Assembly (NCBI GenBank): GCA_963706025.1
Contig: CAVPLM010000005.1
Location: 768,001-832,000 of the forward strand
Origin: an uncultured Actinomycetes bacterium
GTDB taxonomy: Bacteria > Actinomycetota > Thermoleophilia > RBG-16-64-13
Reading direction: 5' to 3'
DNA length: 64,000 nucleotides
Within the stretch, counting starts at the first letter, position 1. Each line of letters begins with the position of its first letter. The notes under the pieces are model-generated. The model saw nothing but the letters and a program-made list of their open reading frames with translations, did not search any database and had not been told where the DNA came from. Of this stretch, positions 31,544 through 42,721 are shown in pieces. The translations under genes were made by a program, and so were the position numbers.

Positions 31544-32553
31544 ATGGTGCCACAGGGCCCCCAGGCCGGCCAGCCCGGCCAAAAAGGCAGGGCGCACCCC
31601 AGCCGGGCGCAGACCAGCCCGGAGACGCCCACCTTCCGCTTCGGCGAGAAAGAGGTCACCTTCACCCATCTCGACCGCGTCTACTACCCGCAGACCGGCT
31701 ACACGAAGGCGGAGGTGCTCGACTACTACCTCAGGGTGGCCCCTTTTCTGCTGCCCCATCTCAAGGACCGGGCTCTCACTCTCGAGCGGTGGCCCGAAGG
31801 GGTAGAGGACGGATCATTTTTCCAGAAGAATGCTTCTTCCTATTTCCCCTCCTGGCTCCGTACCTTCCCCGTGGAGCGCAAGGACCACCAGAAAGTCGTG
31901 CACTATCCGGTGGTCGAGGACGAAGCCGATCTGCTGTATCTGGTCAATCAGGGGACCATCACCTTCCACACGCAGATGGCGCGGGTGGACGACCCCGAGC
32001 ATCCGGACATCATGGTGCTGGACGTCGATCCCCCGGAAGACGACGCCGCGGCGGCGCGCCCGCCGGCCAGGCCCAGGCACCCGCCGGCGCCGACGCCCCC
32101 AAGTCGGCGACGCCCTTCCGGCGGGCGGTAGAGGTGGCCTTCTTGTTGCGCGAGCAGTTGCGCGAGGCTGGGTTGGAAGCAGTGGTCAAGACCTCTGGAA
32201 AACGCGGCCTCCATCTGGCCTTCCCGCTCACCGGCGGCCTGGACTACGAAGCCGCCCGTGCTCAGCTCGAGGCGCTATTCGCGGATCTGGCGGCCCGTCA
32301 CCCCGCCCTGCTCACCACCCACATCCGCAAGAACAAGCGGGGAGGCCGGGTCTATCTGGACGCTCTACGCATGTCGCCGGGCGCGACCATCGTGCCGCCA
32401 TACGTGGCTCGGCCCACGCCCGAGGCGACGGTATCGATGCCCGTCACGTGGGAGGAGTTGGAGACCCTGAGCGACGGGCGGGGTTTCACCATCAAGACGG
32501 GCATCGAGCGGCTGGAGAAGACCGGCGATCTGTGGGCCCCCCTGGTCTCGTGA
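31544..32553 (+). CDS. Stand-alone LigD primase-polymerase (Pol) domain protein, frameshift near 32080
   Basis: THLDRVYYP, RWPEGV..FFQKN, LDVDP, then KTSGKRGLH, VYLD and VSMPVTWEE in the second frame. Confidence 0.9.
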
Positions 32554-32601
32554 TGGGAGCGGTCCTGTTGCGGCCCCGTTTGGGTCCGAAAGGAGAACGG
32601 C

Positions 32602-33603
32602 GTGAAGATACTGGTTTCGGGGGCCACTGGATTCGTGGGAGGTGTGATCACCAGGCACCTGCTCGACGCGGGCCACAGCGTACGTGCGATGAGCCGATCT
32701 ACAGGCAGGGCCATGACCGCCTTCGCCGCGACCGAACCGGGGCGGCGGGCGTTGGCCGACGGACGGCTGACCTTCGTTCAAGCCGACGTGACCAACCCGG
32801 CCACTCTCGGCGCAGCCGTGGAGAATGTTGAGGCCGTGATCCAGGCCGCCCAGTTCAGCGGAGCCCCCGTGGAAGACCCCGCCCGGGGACTCACCTACAT
32901 GAACGTCGACCGCAACGGCACCCTCAACCTCTTGGGCGCGATCGCCCTCGCGTACGGGATGCCGACCGCAGGGCCGGCCATGGCCCGCTTCCCGGATGGA
33001 GCGCCCCGTTTTCTCTACATGAGCGGCATCGCCGTATCGGCCGATAGTCCCTATACGTGGAACCGGGCCAAGTGGCAGGCGGAGGAGGCCATTCGAGGCA
33101 GCGGCCTGGACTGGACCATCGTGCGCGGCAGTTGGGCGTACGGGCCGGATGACTCCGCCCTCAACCGCATCCTCGGTTACTCCGACTACCTGCCGTTCGT
33201 GCCCATCTTCGGAAGCGGGAATGGTCTGCTGACCCCGGTCTTCGTCGAGGACGTGGGGCGGTTCTTCGCCCTGATCGCCTCAGATCCCGAGAAAGCAGCC
33301 GACACTACCTTCGGCATCGGCGGGCCGGATCTGGTCACCCTGAACGACTTCCTACGGCTCGCGCTGCGGGTGATGGGCCGCCAGAGACCCATCCTTCACA
33401 TCCCCAAGAAGGTGGGGAGACTGCAGGGAGCGTTGATGCAGCACTTCCCAGGGCGCCCGCTCACCCCGGACGCCGTGGATTTCGTGAGCCAGGAGGGGGC
33501 CGCCACCGACGCCGACCGGAAGTTGCTGGCGGAGCGGTTCCCGGAGTTCCAGGTGACACCGGTGAGGGAGGGGCTGGGGAGCTATCTGGGTCCGGCTCGG
33601 TGA
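32602..33603 (+). CDS. NAD(P)-binding epimerase/atypical SDR (NDUFA9-like)
   Basis: ILVSGATGFVG, AKWQAEEAIRGSGLDWTIVR, PVFVEDV. Confidence 0.85.
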   Translation: MKILVSGATGFVGGVITRHLLDAGHSVRAMSRSTGRAMTAFAATEPGRRALADGRLTFVQADVTNPATLGAAVENVEAVIQAAQFSGAPVEDPARGLTYMNVDRNGTLNLLGAIALAYGMPTAGPAMARFPDGAPRFLYMSGIAVSADSPYTWNRAKWQAEEAIRGSGLDWTIVRGSWAYGPDDSALNRILGYSDYLPFVPIFGSGNGLLTPVFVEDVGRFFALIASDPEKAADTTFGIGGPDLVTLNDFLRLALRVMGRQRPILHIPKKVGRLQGALMQHFPGRPLTPDAVDFVSQEGAATDADRKLLAERFPEFQVTPVREGLGSYLGPAR

Positions 33604-33617
33604 CGAGAAGCGAGCCC

Positions 33618-34648
33618 TTACATCCCCACGTACTTCGCGTATAGCGCCCTGGCCAGCTTCTCGTCCCGGGTGCCTCTGCACGATGGTGCGGCCGTCGTAG
33701 AAGATCACCAGCTCCTGCTCGCCCACCGAGAAGCGCACCATCTGCTCGCTGCCTTCCACCGGTCCGAGAGCAGCCAGGCGCTCCCCGATCTGGGCCAGCG
33801 GCATGCCCACCGCGGCCGCGTTCCAGATCTGGACCGCGTTCTGCCCGCAGAGACTCGTGACCCGGGTGCGAGGCCGGCCCTGGAGGAATTCGTAGGTCCC
33901 TCCACAGGCAGGGCACTCCTCGTTGGCAAATGGGGCCAAGGGAAGTGATTCGAAGGAGCGCGTCCACACGTCGATCACCACCAGGTCGCGGCTCACCGGG
34001 GCTCGTTGTTCGTCGCCGATCAGGATCTTGAGGGCCTCGGCCGCCTCCAATGACCCGACGATCCAGGGGACGGCGTTCACCACCCCGGCCGTATCGCAGG
34101 TGAGCGTGCCACCGGCCGGAGGAGAGCTCACGATACACCGGAAGCAGGGCCGCCCGCCGGGCAGGAAGGTGGCCGTCATGCCCGAGGACCCGATCGCTCC
34201 CCCGTACACCCAGGGGATCCCGTGCTTCAGAGCCACATCGTTGATGAGGAAACGGGCCTCGAAGTTGTCGAGCCCGTCGACGATGACATCCGCGCCCTCC
34301 ACCAGACTTCTCGGCGTTGGTGCGGCTGAAGTCGGCGACCACTCCCTCCACCTGGACGGCGGAGTTGGCCTCCCGCAGGTGCCGCTCGGCGGCGGTCGCC
34401 TTGGGCAGGTTCTCCTCGATGTCGCGCTCGGTGAAGAGGACTTGGCGCTGCAGGTTGTGGTACTCGATGAAGTCGCGGTCGATAACCCGCACTCGGCCCA
34501 CGCCGGCGCGCACCAGCGCGCTCGAGATGACCGTGCCGAGCGCCCCGCAACCCACCACGACGGCAAAACCGGCGGCCAACTTCCGCTGGCCCTCCGGCCC
34601 GATGCCCGCGAAGATGGTCTGCCGCGAGTATCGGTCTAGTTCCTCCAC
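33618..34648 (-). CDS. ThiF/MoeB-family E1-like adenylyltransferase, frameshifts near 34310 and 33678
   Basis: RYSRQ, VVGCGALG, IDRD...NLQRQ, DGLDNFEARFLIND, PCFRC, TCDTAGV, CPAC, LCGQNAVQI. Confidence 0.9.
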
Positions 34649-34758
34649 GATCCCTCCTCCACGCGCCTCCGCGTCGCTCCCTCGCACGAACGCACCGCGC
34701 GAAAGATCAAGAAGCTATGTCAGGCTTGGGCGGCTCTCACGGAGCCGCATCAAAGGCC

Positions 34759-34866
34759 TCAGCCACCACCCCCGCCGCCGCCCCCGCTGCGGGCCCTCCC
34801 CACGAAAACGAGGAGAACCACTATCACAACCACTATCACTATGGCTATGTTGGCCGCTGATTCGAT
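34759..34866 (-). CDS. Candidate 35-aa micropeptide/leader (I)ESAANIAIVIVVVIVVLLVFVGRARSGGGGGGGG; no ATG (ATC at the expected start)
   Basis: Manual translation. AGAAGGGG lies 6 nt before the ATC, TGGTACCAT (extended -10-like) lies upstream at 34917-34925, and a hairpin lies downstream at 34730-34748. Confidence 0.45.
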   Translation of the reverse strand: MESAANIAIVIVVVIVVLLVFVGRARSGGGGGGGG

Positions 34867-34935
34867 CTCGAGCCCCTTCTAAGAGAACGCACAGGTTCAC
34901 AGATACCCACTGGGGTATGGTACCACTTCCTGCCG

Positions 34936-35322
34936 CTACCAAATCACCTCGACGTCGTATCGGGCTATCTCCGGATCTGCACTCAGCAACGGTAGCCGTT
35001 CAGCGCGACTCTGCGCAACCAGCAGGCGGTCGAACGGGTCGGAGTGGACCGCGGGTAGCTCGTGGACCGCCAGCGCATGTTGCACCTCGACCGCCAAGGC
35101 ACGGAAGCCGTGCAGCGCCAAGCGCTTGAGAACGTACTCCCGTGGCTGCTCAGGTAGGAGCAAACGACCCTTGCCCGCCTTGAGCGCGATCTCCCACGCA
35201 CTGGCCGCGCTGAACCAGATCTCGTTGTCGCCGTCGGCGATGATCTCCCGCACGCGGTCGGAAAGCTGGGGGTCGCCGGTATTCCACCAGAGGAACGCAT
35301 GAGTGTCGAGGAGAGCTCTCAC
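34936..35322 (-). CDS. vapC: VapC-family PIN toxin
   Basis: LLDTHAFLW, SAASAWEI..K, HSDPFDRLLVAQ. Confidence 0.92.
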   Translation of the reverse strand: MRALLDTHAFLWWNTGDPQLSDRVREIIADGDNEIWFSAASAWEIALKAGKGRLLLPEQPREYVLKRLALHGFRALAVEVQHALAVHELPAVHSDPFDRLLVAQSRAERLPLLSADPEIARYDVEVIW

Positions 35323-35341
35323 CGGACGAAACCTAGTGCTG

Positions 35342-35560
35342 CTATTCGAATTCTGGGAGGGGCAGATCGAAATCGGGCATCATCTGGACCTGACCGGCGT
35401 CGTTGCCGGGTATTCTCCGTTGCCTCGTCGTGTCCACGCGACACAGCATCGCGACCGGCTTGCCGGCTCGGGCGATGACGATCCGCTCCCCGGCTTCGAC
35501 CCGGACCAACAGCTTGGAAAAATGCGTCTTGGCCTCATGGACGTTCACCATGGCACACAT
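35342..35560 (-). CDS. Phd/YefM-family antitoxin
   Basis: VNVHEAKTHFSKLL.RVEAGERIVIARAGKPVA; directly upstream of vapC. Confidence 0.92.
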   Translation of the reverse strand: MCAMVNVHEAKTHFSKLLVRVEAGERIVIARAGKPVAMLCRVDTTRQRRIPGNDAGQVQMMPDFDLPLPEFE

Positions 35561-35601
35561 GTGAACCCTCCTGAAGGTCCGTCTACCTCCCTCTTCGATC
35601 C

Positions 35602-35625
35602 ATTATAGACTAAGTGGTGGACTAA
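35602..35625 (-). promoter_or_regulatory. Probable TA promoter with autoregulatory direct repeat
   Basis: Minus strand TTAGTC-CACCAC-TTAGTC immediately followed by TATAAT. Confidence 0.5.
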
Positions 35626-35776
35626 CATGCGTCGCGTGGTCCCCACCGAACCGACGGCCGGCCCGGCTGGGCCGCGGGCCCGCCAGGACCGTCTGCCGGT
35701 AGCCGGGAGCCACTCGGTATTCTGCCTTGCAGGTATCACGGCGGAATCGGTCCTTGGGAGGAGTCTGGAACCGCGG

Positions 35777-38093
<2,317 letters not shown>

Positions 38094-38222
38094 CTGGACG
38101 GCCTTTCTGGTCCGCTCTCTCGAATGGATCGACCCGGTCGCGCCGGGCTGCTGCGCCTCGCCAGGCGCCCGGACATTCGCCGGCGGTGGGGGCGCCGATC
38201 CGGCGGTCCACATGACGCGAGC

Positions 38223-38685
38223 CTATATGGCATAGTTGATCGCTTCGCATTCATTAGCAGCCCGTTCCTGTTCCACCAGGTCCCCAAAAGTCGTGCCGTC
38301 GTACACGTCCATCATGGCGCGGTGGGCCTTGTCCCACATGGGCAGCAGCACACACCCGGCCCGCAGCGGGCAGTCTCGCCCGTTGCCGCATGCATCGGAG
38401 CCGCTCGGCGCAGTCGATCGCCGACATGGGGCCCTGGATCAGCGCGGATCACTTCGCCCACCGCCAGGTCGCGGGGCGACCGGCCAGGCGATAGCCCCCT
38501 TCCTTGCCCCGCACCGACTCGACGATGCCGGCCTGCCGGAGCTGGCCCAGGATGTTCTCCAGGAAACGCACCGGAATGAACTGGGCTGCGGCGATGTTGG
38601 CCGCCTTGACCGGTCCCGAGCCTTCCTTCTTGGCCAATTCGAACACCGCTCGTACCGCGTATTGAGATTTCTGGGAAAGGACCAT
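38223..38685 (-). CDS. Rrf2-family regulator (CymR/IscR-like, three Cys), frameshifted
   Basis: SQKSQYAVRA, IPVRFLENIL.QL...G.V.S.RG..GGY.L; the downstream frame has C..C...C and WDKAHRAMMDVYDGTTFGDLV. Confidence 0.85.
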
Positions 38686-38740
38686 GCGCTTCTTCCCGCC
38701 TCCGCTTCGGCCGCTTGAACCGACATGGAGTCATAGGCGT

Positions 38741-38792
38741 ATAACTACACCATTTTGATAGAGATAGTAGACTCACTGCTCGGCGTTGTCAA
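38741..38792 (-). promoter_or_regulatory. sigma70-type promoter of the rrf2-metY-cysK operon, with an AT-rich candidate Rrf2 operator just downstream
   Basis: TTGACA-N17-TACTAT (38792-38764), followed by CTCTATCAAAATGGTGTAGTTAT. Confidence 0.7.
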
Positions 38793-38933
38793 GGAGCTGC
38801 TTCAATCCAAGGTCGCATTGTTGGACGACACTGCGCCAGATAGCCTGAGGGTAGGGAGAGACTCGTGCTGGATGCACTCGATAGGTCAGTAAATCACTAG
38901 TATATAGGTAACGAAATGCTATATGATGGTCAC

Positions 38934-39158
38934 ATGCCTTCCCTACTGATCAAAGACATACCGCCTGAGCTTCATCAGCGACTTCGTGAAGCGGCCAAGC
39001 GCGATCACCGATCAATGAACCGCGAGGCGATAGCGATATTGGAGGCTGCCCTCAACCCCGGACAGTCGGGAGAACCTGAGCTTCCACCGCCGATCAAGGC
39101 CACATTCCCTCTACGGCCCGACTGGCTGGAACGGGCTCTGGCGGAGGGCCGCAAGTAG
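38934..39158 (+). CDS. FitA/Arc-like ribbon-helix-helix antitoxin, possibly leaderless
   Basis: SLLIKDIPPELHQRLREAAKRDHRSMNREAIAILE; TATGAT lies 6 nt before the ATG. Confidence 0.85.
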   Translation: MPSLLIKDIPPELHQRLREAAKRDHRSMNREAIAILEAALNPGQSGEPELPPPIKATFPLRPDWLERALAEGRK

Positions 39159-39161
39159 ACG

Positions 39162-39572
39162 ATGCTCGTCGTCGATGCCAACGTCGTCGCCTATTTCCTG
39201 GTAGAAGGCGAGAAGACCGACCAGGCACGCCTGCTTCGCTCGATAGATCCTGACTGGCAGGCACCGGCTCTCATCTTCTATGAGATCGCGAGCGTTCTGG
39301 CCCAGTTGGCGAAGCAGGGCGCGATCTCAATCGAAGCCGCTCAGCACGCCTTTGAGACCACACTCGCGCTGGTCACTCCCGTCGAAAGCCAGTGCCTCGG
39401 AGGTCGTACGATAGAGATCGCTGTGAAGCTGGACGTGAGCGCGTCCGACGCCTGCTACCTGGCCACCGCGGAGCTGCTCGGCGCACCCCTGGCTACGGAG
39501 GATGGTCGACTTCTGTGCCTTGCGCCCGAGATTGCTCGAGCTCTAGCCTCCTGGTCAGAGCCTGTCAAGTAA
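39162..39572 (+). CDS. vapC: VapC-family PIN toxin
   Basis: LVVDANVV, YEIASVL, SASDACYLATAE, LATED.RL. Confidence 0.85.
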   Translation: MLVVDANVVAYFLVEGEKTDQARLLRSIDPDWQAPALIFYEIASVLAQLAKQGAISIEAAQHAFETTLALVTPVESQCLGGRTIEIAVKLDVSASDACYLATAELLGAPLATEDGRLLCLAPEIARALASWSEPVK

Positions 39573-39612
39573 GTGGTGTCTCCCCGGGGCTGGTGCGGAT
39601 CCGACCACCTCT

Positions 39613-40585
39613 TTAGGCGCCCAGGGAATCGAGCAATCCCGACAACTCCCGCAGGTCGGCCAGCACATGATCGGGGAGCACGCTTCCTCCCTCCCCACGC
39701 ACACGCTTCAGATCGGCCTCGCTCGTGACCCCGGTGAGCACCAACGCCGTGATCATGCCGGCATCTTCTCCCATGGCTATGTCTGTGCTCAGACGGTCTC
39801 CCACGAAGAGGGTCTCGCGAGAAGGGACACCGGTGACCGTCGCAAGGATCTCGGCCAATGCCAGGCCAGGCTTGCCCATGAACACAGGCTCGGTTTCCGC
39901 CGCAGTGGCTACCGCGGCCACCAGCGCGCCCGCCCCGGGAACCAGGCCGTCGGGGGTGGGGAATGTGGGGTCCGGGTTGGTAGCCACGAAAAGAGCGCCG
40001 CTCCTGATTGCCGCCTGCGCCTGGGCCAGCGTCTGGAAGGACAGGGAACGGTCCATGCCCACCACCACCGCGCCGGCCGGCGCGGGCGCCGTCTCGTCAC
40101 AGTCCCCGCCCGGGCCCTTGCCCCGCCGGGCCCTCCGACCTCGCCGGGGCCGACGCCGCCGACGTGATAGGCGGCCAGGCCGGCCTCCCGCAGCTCGCGC
40201 AGGAGCCCGTCCTTCCCCCATGACCATCACCGGGGTCCCCTCGGGCAGGCGCGCGCGCAACCACCGTCCCGCTACGAAGCCGGACGTGAGCACCCGGTCG
40301 GCCCCCGCCGGCAGCCCCATCCCCGCCAGCCGCTCCGAGACCGTCTCCCGATGGGCGGTGGAGTTGTTGCTGACATAGCGGAGATCGAGTCCCCGGCGGA
40401 CCACGTCCTCGAGTGCTTCGCGCGCTCCCGGCAGGACCATGCCGCCCCGGTAGACCACCCCGTCCAGGTCGAGAGCCACCAGCTTGATGCCGGCGCGGGG
40501 CCGGAGACCGGCGCAGGCAGGCCGACGCCGCGGCGGCCGTCTCGACCGCTCCGTGATCGTCCGCCGGCCGTGCGCCGCCACTCAT
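39613..40585 (-). CDS. HAD-IIA (NagD-like) hydrolase with local indels
   Basis: LDLDGVVY, VSNNS, VATNPD, GKP, VGDRLSTDIAMG, VLTGV. Confidence 0.88.
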
Positions 40586-41805
40586 CCCGCCAGCCCCAGC
40601 CGGCTCACTACCCGGCCGAGCCCCGTGAACTCGAGGTCGATGGCCGCGTACGGGCACACTTCATGGCAGCAGTAGCAGCGGATGCAGAGGTCGTCGTCCA
40701 CCTTCGCCACCTCCTCGCCTATGCTCATGGCCCCCGTAGGACAGGCCTGCTCACACGAAGCGCAGCGCGTGCAGCGTCCTTTCTTGGGCCGAGGCATGGG
40801 AGTGAACCCTCCCTGCAGAACCCGCCTGGTCAGTATCTCCACGAGCCCTACCGGGCTGTCGCCCCGCTCTCGGGCCTGGCGCGCCGGCAGCAGGAAGTCC
40901 CGCACCTGCAGGTCGACCACCGGCACCCCCAGGGTGTCGACGTCTGCCGCGCGCCCGCTCCACAGGCCCCGCTCACGCGCGGCCACCAGCACCGGCACGG
41001 CCTCCGTGTCGATCCGGGCGACCCGGCAGCAGGCTACGTCCATGGCCACCGTGTCGGTCCCGGCCAACAGGAAGCCGAGGGGCCGGGCCTTGCCGCCGGT
41101 GCCGGGACCCTTCCCCTCCAGGCCGACGACACAGTCCATTATGCTGAGCCGGGGATGGACGAAGGACGCTACGTCCAGCAGCATCTCGCCGAAGCGCACC
41201 GGGTCGGTGAACCTACCGTGATACCCGACCTTATTGAGCCCCGGGATCACGCCGAACAGGTTCTTGGTGGCTCCGGTGAAGGTCTGAAACGTGTGGGTCT
41301 TGAACTTGCACAGGTTGATGATGCCGTCCGCCTTCATGATGGGATCCATCACCTCGAACCGGCGCACTAGACGACCCTCGGGGTACGAGACCGCCTCGTA
41401 GCCCGTATCGAAGTTGAGTTCGAAGCCGTAGCGTTCGGCCGCCTCGCGGTACCCGGCCTTGCGATAGACGCGGTCGATCAAGGTCCGAGTGTGCAGTATC
41501 CCCGAGCCGGGGCTCTCCACCACCACCGGGTGGGCCCCCGCCTCCCGGACCTCCACGGCCACCGCGGCCACCACGGCCGGATGGGTGGTGATGGCCAGCT
41601 CCGGGGCCGTCCCCAGTAGCAGGTTGGGCTTGAGCGCGATGCGCTCGCCCGGCAGCACGAACGCCGCCATGCCCCCGAGCGGGGCCAGCACCCGACGGAG
41701 GGCGGCCCGCACGGCCTCGAACTCGTACTCGGTGCAGCGCGTGGCTACCACCGGCGCCTGTTCCAAGCCGGCGTGCACCTGCGGCGTTCCGGCCTCTGCC
41801 ATCAT
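40582..41805 (-). CDS. DUF362 protein with C-terminal 2[4Fe-4S] ferredoxin domain
   Basis: LKPNLL, TTHPAVV, KFKTH, KNLFG, GLEGKGP, CTRCASCEQACP and CIRCYCCHEVCP. Confidence 0.9.
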   Translation of the reverse strand: MMAEAGTPQVHAGLEQAPVVATRCTEYEFEAVRAALRRVLAPLGGMAAFVLPGERIALKPNLLLGTAPELAITTHPAVVAAVAVEVREAGAHPVVVESPGSGILHTRTLIDRVYRKAGYREAAERYGFELNFDTGYEAVSYPEGRLVRRFEVMDPIMKADGIINLCKFKTHTFQTFTGATKNLFGVIPGLNKVGYHGRFTDPVRFGEMLLDVASFVHPRLSIMDCVVGLEGKGPGTGGKARPLGFLLAGTDTVAMDVACCRVARIDTEAVPVLVAARERGLWSGRAADVDTLGVPVVDLQVRDFLLPARQARERGDSPVGLVEILTRRVLQGGFTPMPRPKKGRCTRCASCEQACPTGAMSIGEEVAKVDDDLCIRCYCCHEVCPYAAIDLEFTGLGRVVSRLGLAG

Positions 41806-41990
41806 TCCTCCTCATATGGAATCCCCGGGGGTCGACGGTCGCCCCGGTTGCTTGACTCACTTCGTTCGCCCCTGCGGCCGGCGGCCGCGGCGGCGAACTG
41901 CTTCTGCAAGGCTGTTATTCTATCCTGCAATGAGGCAGGCCCGCTCGGGCCGGTCCCTCACAAGCAGCCTGAACAGGAGGTCCACCGCCC

Positions 41991-42716
41991 ATGGCAGCCA
42001 TGACCTTCGCCAGCACACTCCTGGAGAAGATCCCGCGCAGCACCGATACCACCAGCTACCGCTTCTCCCGACCACCGGAGTACGCGTTCGCGGCCGGGCA
42101 GTGGTACACCATAGCCATCCCCTCGGCCGATGGACCGCTCGACCACCACTTCAGCCACGCCGACTCCCCCACCGAGTCGTTCGTGGAGCTGACCACCCGG
42201 CTCACCGGGTCGGAGTTCAAGAACACGCTGGACGCGCTGCCGACAGGTGCGGGGGTGGAGATCGAGGGCCCGTACGGCCGCTTCCTCTTTGGATACGAGA
42301 CCCCCAAGATAGCCTTCCTCACCGGAGGTATCGGGGTCACTCCCGTGCGCAGCATGCTGCGGTATCTCGCCGACACCGACGGCGCCGGGAGGATAGAGGG
42401 GCAAGAACTTGTCGTGTTCTACGGCAGCATGACCGAGGACGGCATCGTCTACAAAGACGAGTTCGACGAGTTCGAGCGCAAGATCGCCGGTCTGCGCGTG
42501 ATCCACGTGATCACCAATCCCACCGAGAGCTGGAAGGGCTACGGCGGGTTCATCACTGCCGAGACTATCCGCGCCGAACTGGCCGATCCCCTGGAATGGA
42601 CCTACTACATCGTGGGGCCGCCGCCCATGATCACCGCCATGGACAAGGTCATGGGGCAGCTGGAGATCCCCAAAGACCAGATCGTCGTCGAGAGCTTCGC
42701 CGGCTATACGTCTTAG
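41991..42716 (+). CDS. FNR-like FAD/NAD(P)-binding oxidoreductase
   Basis: FAAGQW, EGPYGRF, TGGIGVTPVRSM, VGPPPM, ESFAGY. Confidence 0.88.
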   Translation: MAAMTFASTLLEKIPRSTDTTSYRFSRPPEYAFAAGQWYTIAIPSADGPLDHHFSHADSPTESFVELTTRLTGSEFKNTLDALPTGAGVEIEGPYGRFLFGYETPKIAFLTGGIGVTPVRSMLRYLADTDGAGRIEGQELVVFYGSMTEDGIVYKDEFDEFERKIAGLRVIHVITNPTESWKGYGGFITAETIRAELADPLEWTYYIVGPPPMITAMDKVMGQLEIPKDQIVVESFAGYTS

Positions 42717-42721
42717 CGGGC

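Noticed and set aside
41940-41965. GAGGGACCGGCCCG on the minus strand resembling a SAM-I riboswitch
   Set aside because: The upstream ATCNAGAG and downstream GCAACC/GGTGC elements are not in the right places.
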